Source: a virus
Taxonomy: Duplodnaviria > Heunggongvirae > Uroviricota > Caudoviricetes
Reading direction: 5' to 3' (one strand)
DNA length: 38,011 bases
IMG/VR virus record: IMGVR_UViG_2585427747_000001
Location: 1 to 38,011 of that record
Of the stretch, positions 1-6,924 are shown one piece after another. Below the pieces are notes generated by a model, which made no database searches, was not told the DNA's origin, and worked only from the letters and a program-made list of their open reading frames with translations. Each line of letters begins with the position of its first letter. Within the stretch, counting starts at the first letter, position 1. A program made the position numbers and the translations under genes.

Positions 1-22
1 TGATAAATGGTGTCCCCTGCAG
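1..22. repeat. attL core: direct repeat tgataaatggtgtcccctgcag; positions 8-22 are the reverse complement of a tRNA 3' end (acceptor stem + CCA), i.e. the displaced tRNA fragment
   Basis: Identical 22-mer at ~37990-38011; the match is limited by the window edge, so the true repeat may be longer. Confidence 0.8.
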
Positions 23-81
23 ACATCTACTTGAAGCAGCAGGGGATTGATTGGAATGGTGTTTTTTAGATGTGAGAAATA

Positions 82-101
82 TTTTACCCGCTATTTTACC
101 C
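82..101. promoter_or_regulatory. Two TTTTACCC motifs at the attL arm (candidate integrase arm-type or RDF binding sites)
   Basis: attttacccgctattttaccc; the same octamer occurs three times around the intS start at ~37836-37881. Confidence 0.4.
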
Positions 102-296
102 ATTGGCGCGGCTTAAGAGCTTATTTTTGAATTCACAATGGTCACGATATAACCATCTTGCTCGCCCGTGGATAACTTTGGCTTTTGGCAGGTCGCCTGA
201 CTTAATCCGGTCATAGATGAAGGTTTTACCAAAGCCAGTATCAGCCATGATGAATTTCAAATCAACCAGTGAATCAGGCTGTAGTTCGTGTTGCAT
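96..296 (-). CDS. torI: Recombination directionality factor / excisionase (AlpA-like winged-helix); matches TorI of KplE1
   Basis: 66-aa ORF next to attL; sequence MQHELQPDSLVDLKFIMADTGFGKTFIYDRIKSGDLPKAKVIHGRARWLY has the AlpA/Xis-type DNA-binding signature; synteny with intS and a tRNA-Arg site. Identity to TorI is from memory, not a search. Confidence 0.75.
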   Translation of the reverse strand: MQHELQPDSLVDLKFIMADTGFGKTFIYDRIKSGDLPKAKVIHGRARWLYRDHCEFKNKLLSRANG

Positions 297-427
297 GAGT
301 GCTATCTCCGAATAGGGAATCGAACCTGCAAATCAGGTAATAAAAATACGCTCTATGACGGCGATGGTAGATCAGGATATTTTAAGAAACTGACAGGCCT
401 CATCGAGTGTGAGGCTGTATGGCTCCA

Positions 428-772
428 TTATTTCACCTCTTGCTGTGACATTGTTGAAAAACGGATACCAGCTCGTTGCTGCCAGACGATCCAACCGAGA
501 GTCATATCCCATGCCATGTATTCGTTATCGCCGTTTTTTGCTCTCCGACGATCGACTGTTTTACCGAAACGCTTTTCCATAAATAATTCATAGGCTGCGC
601 GTTCATCTGGCTCAACTTCCAGAGATGCCAGTGCAATCCGTGCCAGTTCTAAATCATTTTCAAGCTCAGCGCGAATCTCAGCGAATGCACTCTGTGTTAA
701 GGCGAACTCAATGCTCTGCACTTTATTCCGTGCGCGCTCAAGCAGTGCATGGTAGTTAATTTCGGTTGTCAT
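428..772 (-). CDS. Hypothetical early-left-operon phage protein
   Basis: 114-aa ORF, start abuts the stop of the upstream PAPS-reductase-like gene; protein-like composition; no recognisable motif. Confidence 0.55.
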   Translation of the reverse strand: MTTEINYHALLERARNKVQSIEFALTQSAFAEIRAELENDLELARIALASLEVEPDERAAYELFMEKRFGKTVDRRRAKNGDNEYMAWDMTLGWIVWQQRAGIRFSTMSQQEVK

Positions 773-1647
773 ACCCCTACCTCTTCGAATTCCAATTCCA
801 ATTGATCACCCCAGATTTCACATGACTCTGAACACGAACCGGTATCGAATCGCCTGGCCTGTACCATCGCCTGATACAAATTTCTGTAGTCGCTGTTGGC
901 AGACATTCTGGCAATTCCGTCAAGCGTCAGGTGACCACGGTACATAATGTCTTTACCTGTTCTGCGATGACCATCCCTGACGTGTTTGCCTGTAACCAGC
1001 TCATTAAAAACTCGCATCAGACCTGGTTCGTCTTTACATGCAAGCTCCAGCTTTTGCGTTGACTTTTTGATGCAGAAAACACAGTTCCCGAGATGCTCCG
1101 GGATTTGCAAATCAAAAGGTTGTTTTCGCCACCACCGGATAACATCCGACTTATCAAAATCTGACAGCTCGGCAAGATACCGGACGCCCGATTTCGGTTT
1201 CAGCCTACGGGGTTCGTCTGCACGAATACCCAGCCATGTGATGTAATTACCTCGCCCGAAATGGTTATCGCAGTATTTCGTGAAAGGGATGAGTTTTAGC
1301 CTGTCAGTACAGAACGCGCCGCCGATGTATGGCGTGCCGTACTTTTTAACCATGTCCATAAACGGTTTAAGCACCGGCATTCGTGTCTGAATATCCTTTG
1401 GCTCCCATTCTGTATAACCATTTGGCTGCCCAAGCTCAGGATTTATATCGACTTGTAACACAGTTAGTGGTATGTCCCAGAACTTTACAACCTCCCGGAT
1501 AAAGCGGTATGTCAGCGGATGTTCGCAACCGGTATCCATAAAGATGTAGCAGACGTTATTGCCAGCCTTTCTTTGTTCTTCCATCAGGTGAACAAGATAT
1601 GCGGATGTTCTCCCGCCAGAAAAACTAACTACATGAGTTATGCACAT
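769..1647 (-). CDS. Phosphoadenosine-phosphosulfate (PAPS) reductase family / PP-loop ATP pyrophosphatase-like protein
   Basis: PP-loop motif SFSGGRTSA near the N-terminus; start trimmed to the internal Met (MCITHVVSFSGG…), which gives a 10-bp overlap with the upstream gene instead of a 127-bp overlap. Confidence 0.7.
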   Translation of the reverse strand: MCITHVVSFSGGRTSAYLVHLMEEQRKAGNNVCYIFMDTGCEHPLTYRFIREVVKFWDIPLTVLQVDINPELGQPNGYTEWEPKDIQTRMPVLKPFMDMVKKYGTPYIGGAFCTDRLKLIPFTKYCDNHFGRGNYITWLGIRADEPRRLKPKSGVRYLAELSDFDKSDVIRWWRKQPFDLQIPEHLGNCVFCIKKSTQKLELACKDEPGLMRVFNELVTGKHVRDGHRRTGKDIMYRGHLTLDGIARMSANSDYRNLYQAMVQARRFDTGSCSESCEIWGDQLELEFEEVGV

Positions 1648-2174
1648 TTGCGTAATTCCGATAACTCGTTGAAGCGTTCCATAAACATCCCGTAGGCATG
1701 GCCCGGTGCCAGTGGAATAACTTTGAACATCTCTGTTGCCGGGATACCTTCCAGTACAGGCCATAAAGAGCCATCATCAAGCCCGAGATCACGGCGTTCG
1801 GTTGCCAGCATAATGAGATCGGCATATTTCACTGGCGTGCTCATAACAGGAGGTAACCCGTATTTCTCACGGATTACTGCATCTATTTTTTCTTCCATCC
1901 GTTTATAGTCAGGAAGAAGGCGTTTCAGTGGTGCGGGGATGTCCTGGCAATACGCTTCTGTTGCATCATGCATTAACGCTTCAAAAGCAAATTCCTGCGG
2001 CACCAGCTGGCTGCAAAGCACCGCATGTTGGGCGACACTGTAGAAGTGAGAAAGATGACCGGCAAAGCGACAGATATTTGAAAGGGAAACCGCGATATCG
2101 TTAATCACGATGTCGTCTTTATTTATCTTGTCATAATAAAAATGCTTCCCGGAAAAAGTTTTAATAAATGACAT
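1638..2174 (-). CDS. HD-domain metal-dependent phosphohydrolase
   Basis: H…HD motif (…HAVLCS…LMHDATEAY…); start moved to the internal ATG (MSFIKT…) preceded by GGAGA. Confidence 0.7.
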   Translation of the reverse strand: MSFIKTFSGKHFYYDKINKDDIVINDIAVSLSNICRFAGHLSHFYSVAQHAVLCSQLVPQEFAFEALMHDATEAYCQDIPAPLKRLLPDYKRMEEKIDAVIREKYGLPPVMSTPVKYADLIMLATERRDLGLDDGSLWPVLEGIPATEMFKVIPLAPGHAYGMFMERFNELSELRKCA

Positions 2175-2301
2175 TTTGTTCTCCACGTATATGCGCTGCA
2201 CCGCGCTGAGTTTGGGTAAAAGGAAGCCCTCACCATCCGGTGATTATTGAGTTAATTACGTTTCCATAAATGCCCCCGCAGGGGCATTTGCAGTAATGAA
2301 A

Positions 2302-3126
2302 TCAGGCGGTGAAAGTACCAATAAAGGTTTCTACTTTGCTGTCTTTGAATTTCTCAACAAGCAGATCACGAAATTCGTTAGCCATATCTTCCTGCACCGC
2401 TTCCAGCTGAATAATGCGCAGAACCAGTACAGGACGATCGCCAGTGATAATGCTGAGGCGTAATTTAAACGGACGTTCTTTCAGACCTTCAAACGGAACG
2501 CATTTAAATTCAAATGCCACTGGCATAATGTCTTTGGTCTTCGCTTCGACAGATTCCATCAGGGAGCGTTTGCCGCTGAAGTCATTATCTTCAAAATCAG
2601 CGGTCTGGTTTGCTTCAATCGTGATTTTACGGATTGCCGCAGCCGCTTTTGTTGCCTGAATGGCGTCACCATTAGCATCAAAGCCCACAAGGTAGTCGGC
2701 CCAGTCTTCAATCCATTCTGCCAGTGATTTCTGGGAGTTACGCTCGCCGTTAACAGACAACAGGGCAGAGAACGGTGCTGTCTTTTTCAGTTTGAGAGTG
2801 GCGGTGTTATCTGCGTGACCTGGTTCATCAATAGTACCCAGGTTAAGCACACTGACGGCACGCATATTATCAGCATCGATAAAGCAGCGGGTGCCTTCAT
2901 CTGCAAGATCTTTAGAATAACGGGTAAAGTCATCGATGCTGGCAGTGGAAAGCGCACCACGGAAACGGAAGCGATTTAAATTAAATTTTTCCAGATCATG
3001 AATGCGGAAATTCTCAGGCAATGCCACAGCATCGGCACCAATCTTACTGATAATTTCATTAACACCCTGAGCAGAAATAAGGGCATGGATTTGATTAATT
3101 GCGGTTGCGTCTAAGTTCTGAGACAT
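2302..3126 (-). CDS. DUF2303 (YfdQ-like) prophage protein
   Basis: 274-aa ORF in the leftward early operon; resembles the YfdQ family of CPS-53/KplE1 by recollection; function unknown. Confidence 0.6.
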
Positions 3127-3191
3127 AATAAGTCCTCACTATATAAAGATATTCAGTGATGAGATAAATAATCAGTTAATTAAAAACGATA

Positions 3192-3554
3192 TTAACGACC
3201 TGCTGCGCGGAGTTTTCCGTCAGGTTCACCGGCAAGAGTCAGTAACTGTCCCTGGTCTTCCTGCAGAATAGTCAGGCGACCACCGCGATTGACATACATC
3301 GGCGTTTCGGTGGTGTCTTCTTCGGAAATTTTCCCGCGGTTAGTCGGGCGAACATATGAGAGTTTGTGTTTGATTTTCACACGGTTCTCATCAAATGGTT
3401 CGATTTCCAGGTTGAGTGAGACCTTACCTTTGGTTTTCGTGTTCATCACACCGGAAGCGACTTCACTGAGAACTGCGCCGATTTTGGTTTCAAATACGCC
3501 GCCGTCCAGCTCCCCGATAAATGCCTGCACATCAGTACTGCGTTCGCTAGCCAT
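3192..3554 (-). CDS. Hypothetical prophage protein (120 aa)
   Basis: The ORF track gives 226 aa, but the 5' extension runs through a GC-rich structured region; an internal ATG (MASERSTDVQAF…) is preceded by GAGGAG and gives a compact 120-aa product. Confidence 0.55.
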   Translation of the reverse strand: MASERSTDVQAFIGELDGGVFETKIGAVLSEVASGVMNTKTKGKVSLNLEIEPFDENRVKIKHKLSYVRPTNRGKISEEDTTETPMYVNRGGRLTILQEDQGQLLTLAGEPDGKLRAAGR

Positions 3555-3602
3555 TTTGCTGCTCCTCATCATATCGACCCTGCAAGGCCGATTAGTTTCT
3601 CC

Positions 3603-3691
3603 ACAAAACAGAGAAGAACACCTGCGGTGGCAGCCGCCCGGATGGATTGGGTTATGAGCCCGTCGTCCGGTGATGCTCTTCTCTGTTTTGT
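3603..3691. other. Long inverted repeat (15-bp arms acaaaacagagaaga / tcttctctgttttgt, ~59-nt spacer with further internal pairing) in a GC-rich non-coding stretch
   Basis: Read directly from the sequence; lies in a 470-bp region (3555-4022) covered only by overlapping ORFs on both strands without protein-like character. Confidence 0.6.
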
Positions 3692-3957
3692 AAAAAGGAC
3701 GGTACCAGCCGGAAGCAAGGGTACAAACTGGTACCGCCGGGACTACACACAGCATAAAGTTGTGGTGCCGGGTGCCTCCCGGTGCCTGGCGAAGGTTGCA
3801 CACCAGACGGGTGGGTATCCACAGAAGGTCGACTGTCAGCCTCAACCTTAACCCGCGTGCGCTGAGCCGCATTCACCACAACGCTAAGGATTCTCTCTGG
3901 TTAAAAATACTTAGCTGTTATGTGCCTGCTTTTAGCCACATCAGGCGAGGTGGACCT

Positions 3958-4007
3958 GGTTATTCCCCAACAACAAGGATTCGGTTAATCTGGTTATCCC
4001 CAACAAC
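3958..4007 (+). promoter_or_regulatory. Two direct repeats GGTTAT(T)CCCCAACAAC (~3958-3974 and ~3992-4007) immediately upstream of the 4023 start codon; candidate regulator-binding or 5'-UTR element
   Basis: Near-identical 16/17-mers 34 bp apart; the second ends 16 nt before the ATG; a purine-rich RBS (aaaggaaaag) lies between. Confidence 0.45.
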
Positions 4008-4022
4008 GCAAAAGGAAAAGAA

Positions 4023-4457
4023 ATGTCCGGTAATATCTACACGCTGTACAAATCCCACTGTGAAAATGTTGGAAAGTATCGGGGCATTGAAATCAGTGGG
4101 GTAGTGTCATCAGTCGAAATAAGCAAAGTGGAATCAAGGGCAACATTACTTACTCTTCTGGACCTTGTCTTACATGAGCACCGGAAGAAATTCGGCACTC
4201 CCTATAATCAGTTGAATGGGAAAAAGGCTCTGGTTCACCTTATTCTGATGAAGCATCACTGGATGCCAAAACAGATTAATGAGATGAAATTTGATGAACT
4301 TCTTCTTTCAATTCAGGATGAACTCACACTTGATAAAATAAGCGTAACCGCCCAGAAATTTTTAGATTATCGAGACTGGAGATCACAAATTCATCACTTT
4401 GATGATTTTGACGAAAATGAATGGGATCCTAATTTGTCTGCACAATATCTAAAGTAA
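4023..4457 (+). CDS. Hypothetical AT-rich accessory protein (144 aa), antisense to the leftward early operon
   Basis: Clean ORF with RBS; visibly lower GC than the flanking phage genes; no recognisable motifs; 3' end overlaps the convergent small gene by ~29 bp. Confidence 0.6.
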   Translation: MSGNIYTLYKSHCENVGKYRGIEISGVVSSVEISKVESRATLLTLLDLVLHEHRKKFGTPYNQLNGKKALVHLILMKHHWMPKQINEMKFDELLLSIQDELTLDKISVTAQKFLDYRDWRSQIHHFDDFDENEWDPNLSAQYLK

Positions 4458-4635
4458 CATCCTGTGATAAAACCGTGATTTCCTGATCCAGTTTTTTTAA
4501 GGAGTCTATTGTTTCCTGTCGATAAGACAGCACTTCACGAAGCTGGTTTATAGCTGCCAGCTTCTTTGCCATCCACTCGTAAATTTCCTCATTTGTGTAT
4601 CCGGGCGCGACGATTTTGGGTTCTGTTTTGTGCAT
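4429..4635 (-). CDS. Small hypothetical protein (68 aa, predicted coiled-coil), first gene downstream of the putative pL
   Basis: Start trimmed to MHKTEPK…, preceded by GAGGAGG; convergent with and overlapping the 3' end of 4023-4457. Confidence 0.5.
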   Translation of the reverse strand: MHKTEPKIVAPGYTNEEIYEWMAKKLAAINQLREVLSYRQETIDSLKKLDQEITVLSQDVTLDIVQTN

Positions 4636-4883
4636 TTCACACCTCCTCAAGTTATCAGTTACTTGTTGATGGGGACCAGATTGTTAAAGAGCTAAGCGTC
4701 CTGTAGGGCGCTTTTTTGTTGCTAACGAATCACCCTAGACTTCATATGCCCCAGGCGGCTACTTCGTGGGCGTCCTGCCTGTTCGTTTTTGACATTTACT
4801 GACTGCTTACGACACATGCACCGTGTTGCAACCAGATTTTGTTGTAATCCTGTAGTTGGTCTGGAACAAAAGATAAAATTAAA

Positions 4884-4920
4884 TTGCGAGATATGCAAGT
4901 GATATTTGCGAGATATGCAA
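4884..4920. promoter_or_regulatory. Putative OL: two tandem 15-bp operator-like sites TTGCGAGATATGCAA (22-bp period), probably overlapping the leftward early promoter
   Basis: Exact direct repeat; the same TTGCG-N6-GCAA pattern recurs between the repressor and cro genes; on the minus strand each site contains a TTGCAT hexamer that could serve as a -35. Confidence 0.55.
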
Positions 4921-4932
4921 CTTTATAGGTAA

Positions 4933-4955
4933 TAAAAAGCCACCTTTCGGTGGCC
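4933..4955 (-). terminator. Rho-independent terminator downstream of the repressor gene
   Basis: GC stem gccacc/ggtggc with a tttc loop; on the minus strand it is followed by a T-run. Confidence 0.55.
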
Positions 4956-4974
4956 GATGGATGGGATATTGAGG

Positions 4975-5667
4975 TTAATTATGTCTCTTAAGGGTTTGCG
5001 ACTGACTGATTAAGACCTTTCCAAAGACCATGAATCGGTGTTCGTTTTCGCTAGTAATTCCCCATTCACGGTAAATCTGGTTATCAGAAATCACCAGCAG
5101 TTTGTCAGGAATCATTTGAAGTCTTTTAACGTATATTTTGTCATCAAAACCAAAGACATATATACCATCACCATCAAACTGATTGATGCTGACATCAACG
5201 AAGATGAGATCTCCTGGCTCAATGGTTGGACACATACTGTCCCCACGAACGTTGATAACTTTGATGTGATTGGCTGGTCGTCCGCCGAACATTGATACAG
5301 CATTATCAGTTCTGTATTCGATGGCATGAATCACATCAATGACATCACCGCCCTGGATAAGGCCATTTCCCGCACTGGCACTGATATCCAGCATTTCAAT
5401 ACGGAACACATCCTTCACCTGCGCAACATCCTCATTATTACTGTTTTTATATACAGTATTACTTTTGTGGGCAGAGGTAAAGAGATCAGCAATATCAACA
5501 CCTAAGCTCTTGGCAATATTACTCAGTGTTTGTTCGGTAAATTGTTTTTGCTTACCCGTTTCTAAGCGCGAGATGTTCGCCGCATCTACTCCTATTGCTT
5601 CAGCGAGATCGGCGATTTTCATGTTCTTCGCTTGGCGAAGTTGTCTGACTCGGTTTCCTATGTTCAT
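4975..5667 (-). CDS. CI-like prophage repressor (N-terminal HTH, C-terminal S24 LexA-type peptidase domain)
   Basis: N-terminal HTH (RVRQLRQAKNMKIADLAEAIGVDAANISRLETGKQ); 230 aa; divergent from a cro-like gene with operators between. Confidence 0.8.
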   Translation of the reverse strand: MNIGNRVRQLRQAKNMKIADLAEAIGVDAANISRLETGKQKQFTEQTLSNIAKSLGVDIADLFTSAHKSNTVYKNSNNEDVAQVKDVFRIEMLDISASAGNGLIQGGDVIDVIHAIEYRTDNAVSMFGGRPANHIKVINVRGDSMCPTIEPGDLIFVDVSINQFDGDGIYVFGFDDKIYVKRLQMIPDKLLVISDNQIYREWGITSENEHRFMVFGKVLISQSQTLKRHN

Positions 5668-5687
5668 GCGTTTATTACATTTCTTTA

Positions 5688-5748
5688 TTGCGTGATAAGC
5701 AAATCAACTTGCGCAAAATAATTGCGTGAAATAACATGCATAACGCGC
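5688..5748. promoter_or_regulatory. Putative OR/PR/PRM region: operator-like sites TTGCGTGATAAGCAA (~5688-5702), the palindrome TTGCGCAA (~5709-5716) and ATGCATAACGCGCAA (~5734-5748) between the divergent repressor and cro genes
   Basis: Shares the TTGCG-N6-GCAA half-site pattern with the tandem sites at 4884-4920; 97-bp divergent intergenic region. Confidence 0.5.
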
Positions 5749-5764
5749 AATATTTGGAGGACAT

Positions 5765-6025
5765 ATGCAATCACCATTACGAAATGTGCGTAAGGCGCAT
5801 GGTTTCACTTTGCAGCATGTTGCTGCGGGTGTTCAAGTCAATCCAGCGACGTTGAGTCGTATTGAGAGGCTGGAGCAGATTCCATCTATCGAGCTTGCAG
5901 AACGTTTAGCCAATTTTTTTAAGGGTGAAGTCAGCGAAATGCAGATTCTTTATCCGGCACGTTTTCAATCTAGCCAAAACCAGAATGGGTTTAAACCACA
6001 GGAACAGGAGGTGAACCGTGGGTAA
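5765..6025 (+). CDS. Cro-like HTH transcriptional regulator (XRE family)
   Basis: HTH (HGFTLQHVAAGVQVNPATLSRIE) at the N-terminus; divergent from the repressor; RBS GGAGG upstream. Confidence 0.75.
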   Translation: MQSPLRNVRKAHGFTLQHVAAGVQVNPATLSRIERLEQIPSIELAERLANFFKGEVSEMQILYPARFQSSQNQNGFKPQEQEVNRG

Positions 6026-6569
6026 GCATCACTGGAAAGTAGAAAAACAGCCTGAGTGGTACGTGAAAGCTGTCAGAAAAACTATCGCAGCGTTGCCGGG
6101 GGGGTACGCTGAAGCTGCTGACTGGCTGGATGTAACAGAGAACGCATTATTTAACCGCCTTCGTGCCGATGGCGATCAGATTTTCCCGCTGGGATGGGCA
6201 ATGATTTTGCAACGTGCTGGTGGAACTCACTTCATTGCTGACGCTGTGGCCCAGTCTGCAAATGGCGTCTTTGTGTCTCTTCCTGATGTCGAGGATGTGG
6301 ACAACGCCGATATCAACCAACGCCTGCTGGAGGTCATTGAACAGATCGGCAGTTATTCAAAACAGATTCGTTCAGCAATTGAAGACGGTGTAGTGGAACC
6401 GCATGAGAAGACAGCAATTAACGACGAGCTGTACCTCTCAATTTCGAAGCTGCAGGAGCATGCAGCACTGGTCTACAAAATTTTTTGCATTTCAGAAAGT
6501 AATGACGCCCGCGAGTGTGCAGCTCCGGGCGCCGTGGCGTGTCGTGACTGTGGAGAAACTAACGCATGA
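6018..6569 (+). CDS. CII-like phage regulatory protein (CP76 family)
   Basis: Position immediately after cro; 183 aa; family assignment from overall resemblance, not a search. Confidence 0.55.
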   Translation: MGKHHWKVEKQPEWYVKAVRKTIAALPGGYAEAADWLDVTENALFNRLRADGDQIFPLGWAMILQRAGGTHFIADAVAQSANGVFVSLPDVEDVDNADINQRLLEVIEQIGSYSKQIRSAIEDGVVEPHEKTAINDELYLSISKLQEHAALVYKIFCISESNDARECAAPGAVACRDCGETNA

Positions 6570-6904
6570 ATAGTTTAACAACACACTACCGTCGCTCGCA
6601 ACTGATTGCGCTTCCTGTACCGGGTGGAAAAGCGAAGGTGGAGTATTGCTATGCAGTGAATGTACCAGGTGGCAGGGTAATTGTAACCCACAGCTTTGCA
6701 GAGTGGGCTGTGGGTGATTTTAACCGGCAAAAGGAGACAGTCCTTTGCGACAAGTTAACCGCTGGTTCAAAGATCACTACGGAGTACCCGTCAGAGTCAT
6801 TCGTTGGGAGCCGGAAACACAACGGGTTATCTACCTCCGCGAAGGCTATGAGCATGAATGCTTCAGTCCGCTCGAACAGTTTCGTCGTAAATTCAGGGAA
6901 ATAG
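6566..6904 (+). CDS. Hypothetical protein; the C-terminal half is Ser-rich and not protein-like, so the true gene may be shorter or frameshifted
   Basis: 112-aa ORF; start overlaps the upstream stop (ATGA); see the alternative overlapping frame at 6745-6924. Confidence 0.4.
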   Translation: MNSLTTHYRRSQLIALPVPGGKAKVEYCYAVNVPGGRVIVTHSFAEWAVGDFNRQKETVLCDKLTAGSKITTEYPSESFVGSRKHNGLSTSAKAMSMNASVRSNSFVVNSGK

Positions 6905-6924
6905 AGGTCGGTCATGAGCACTAA
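6745..6924 (+). CDS. Candidate small protein (~59 aa) with a TTG start in the alternative frame (…[58 protein letters not shown])
   Basis: AGGAGA RBS 7 nt upstream of the TTG; far more protein-like than the overlapping frame; its stop overlaps the start of the replication gene (ATGAGCACTAA), suggesting translational coupling. Confidence 0.4.
   Translation: MRQVNRWFKDHYGVPVRVIRWEPETQRVIYLREGYEHECFSPLEQFRRKFREIEVGHEH

Noticed and set aside
288-593. Plus-strand 101-aa ORF between torI and the first early gene
   Set aside because: It overlaps the start of the minus-strand 428-772 gene, has odd composition (Cys/Arg-rich) and no RBS; more likely non-coding att-arm/promoter DNA.
3603-4022. Retron-like ncRNA (a1/a2 inverted repeats flanking a structured segment)
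   Set aside because: No reverse transcriptase gene anywhere in the window; the adjacent ORF has no RT motifs.
3958-4457. Type III toxin-antitoxin (ToxIN-like: repeat RNA followed by a toxin gene)
   Set aside because: Only two direct repeats rather than a multi-unit tandem array, no terminator between repeats and ORF, and the 144-aa protein shows no recognisable ToxN/AbiQ features.
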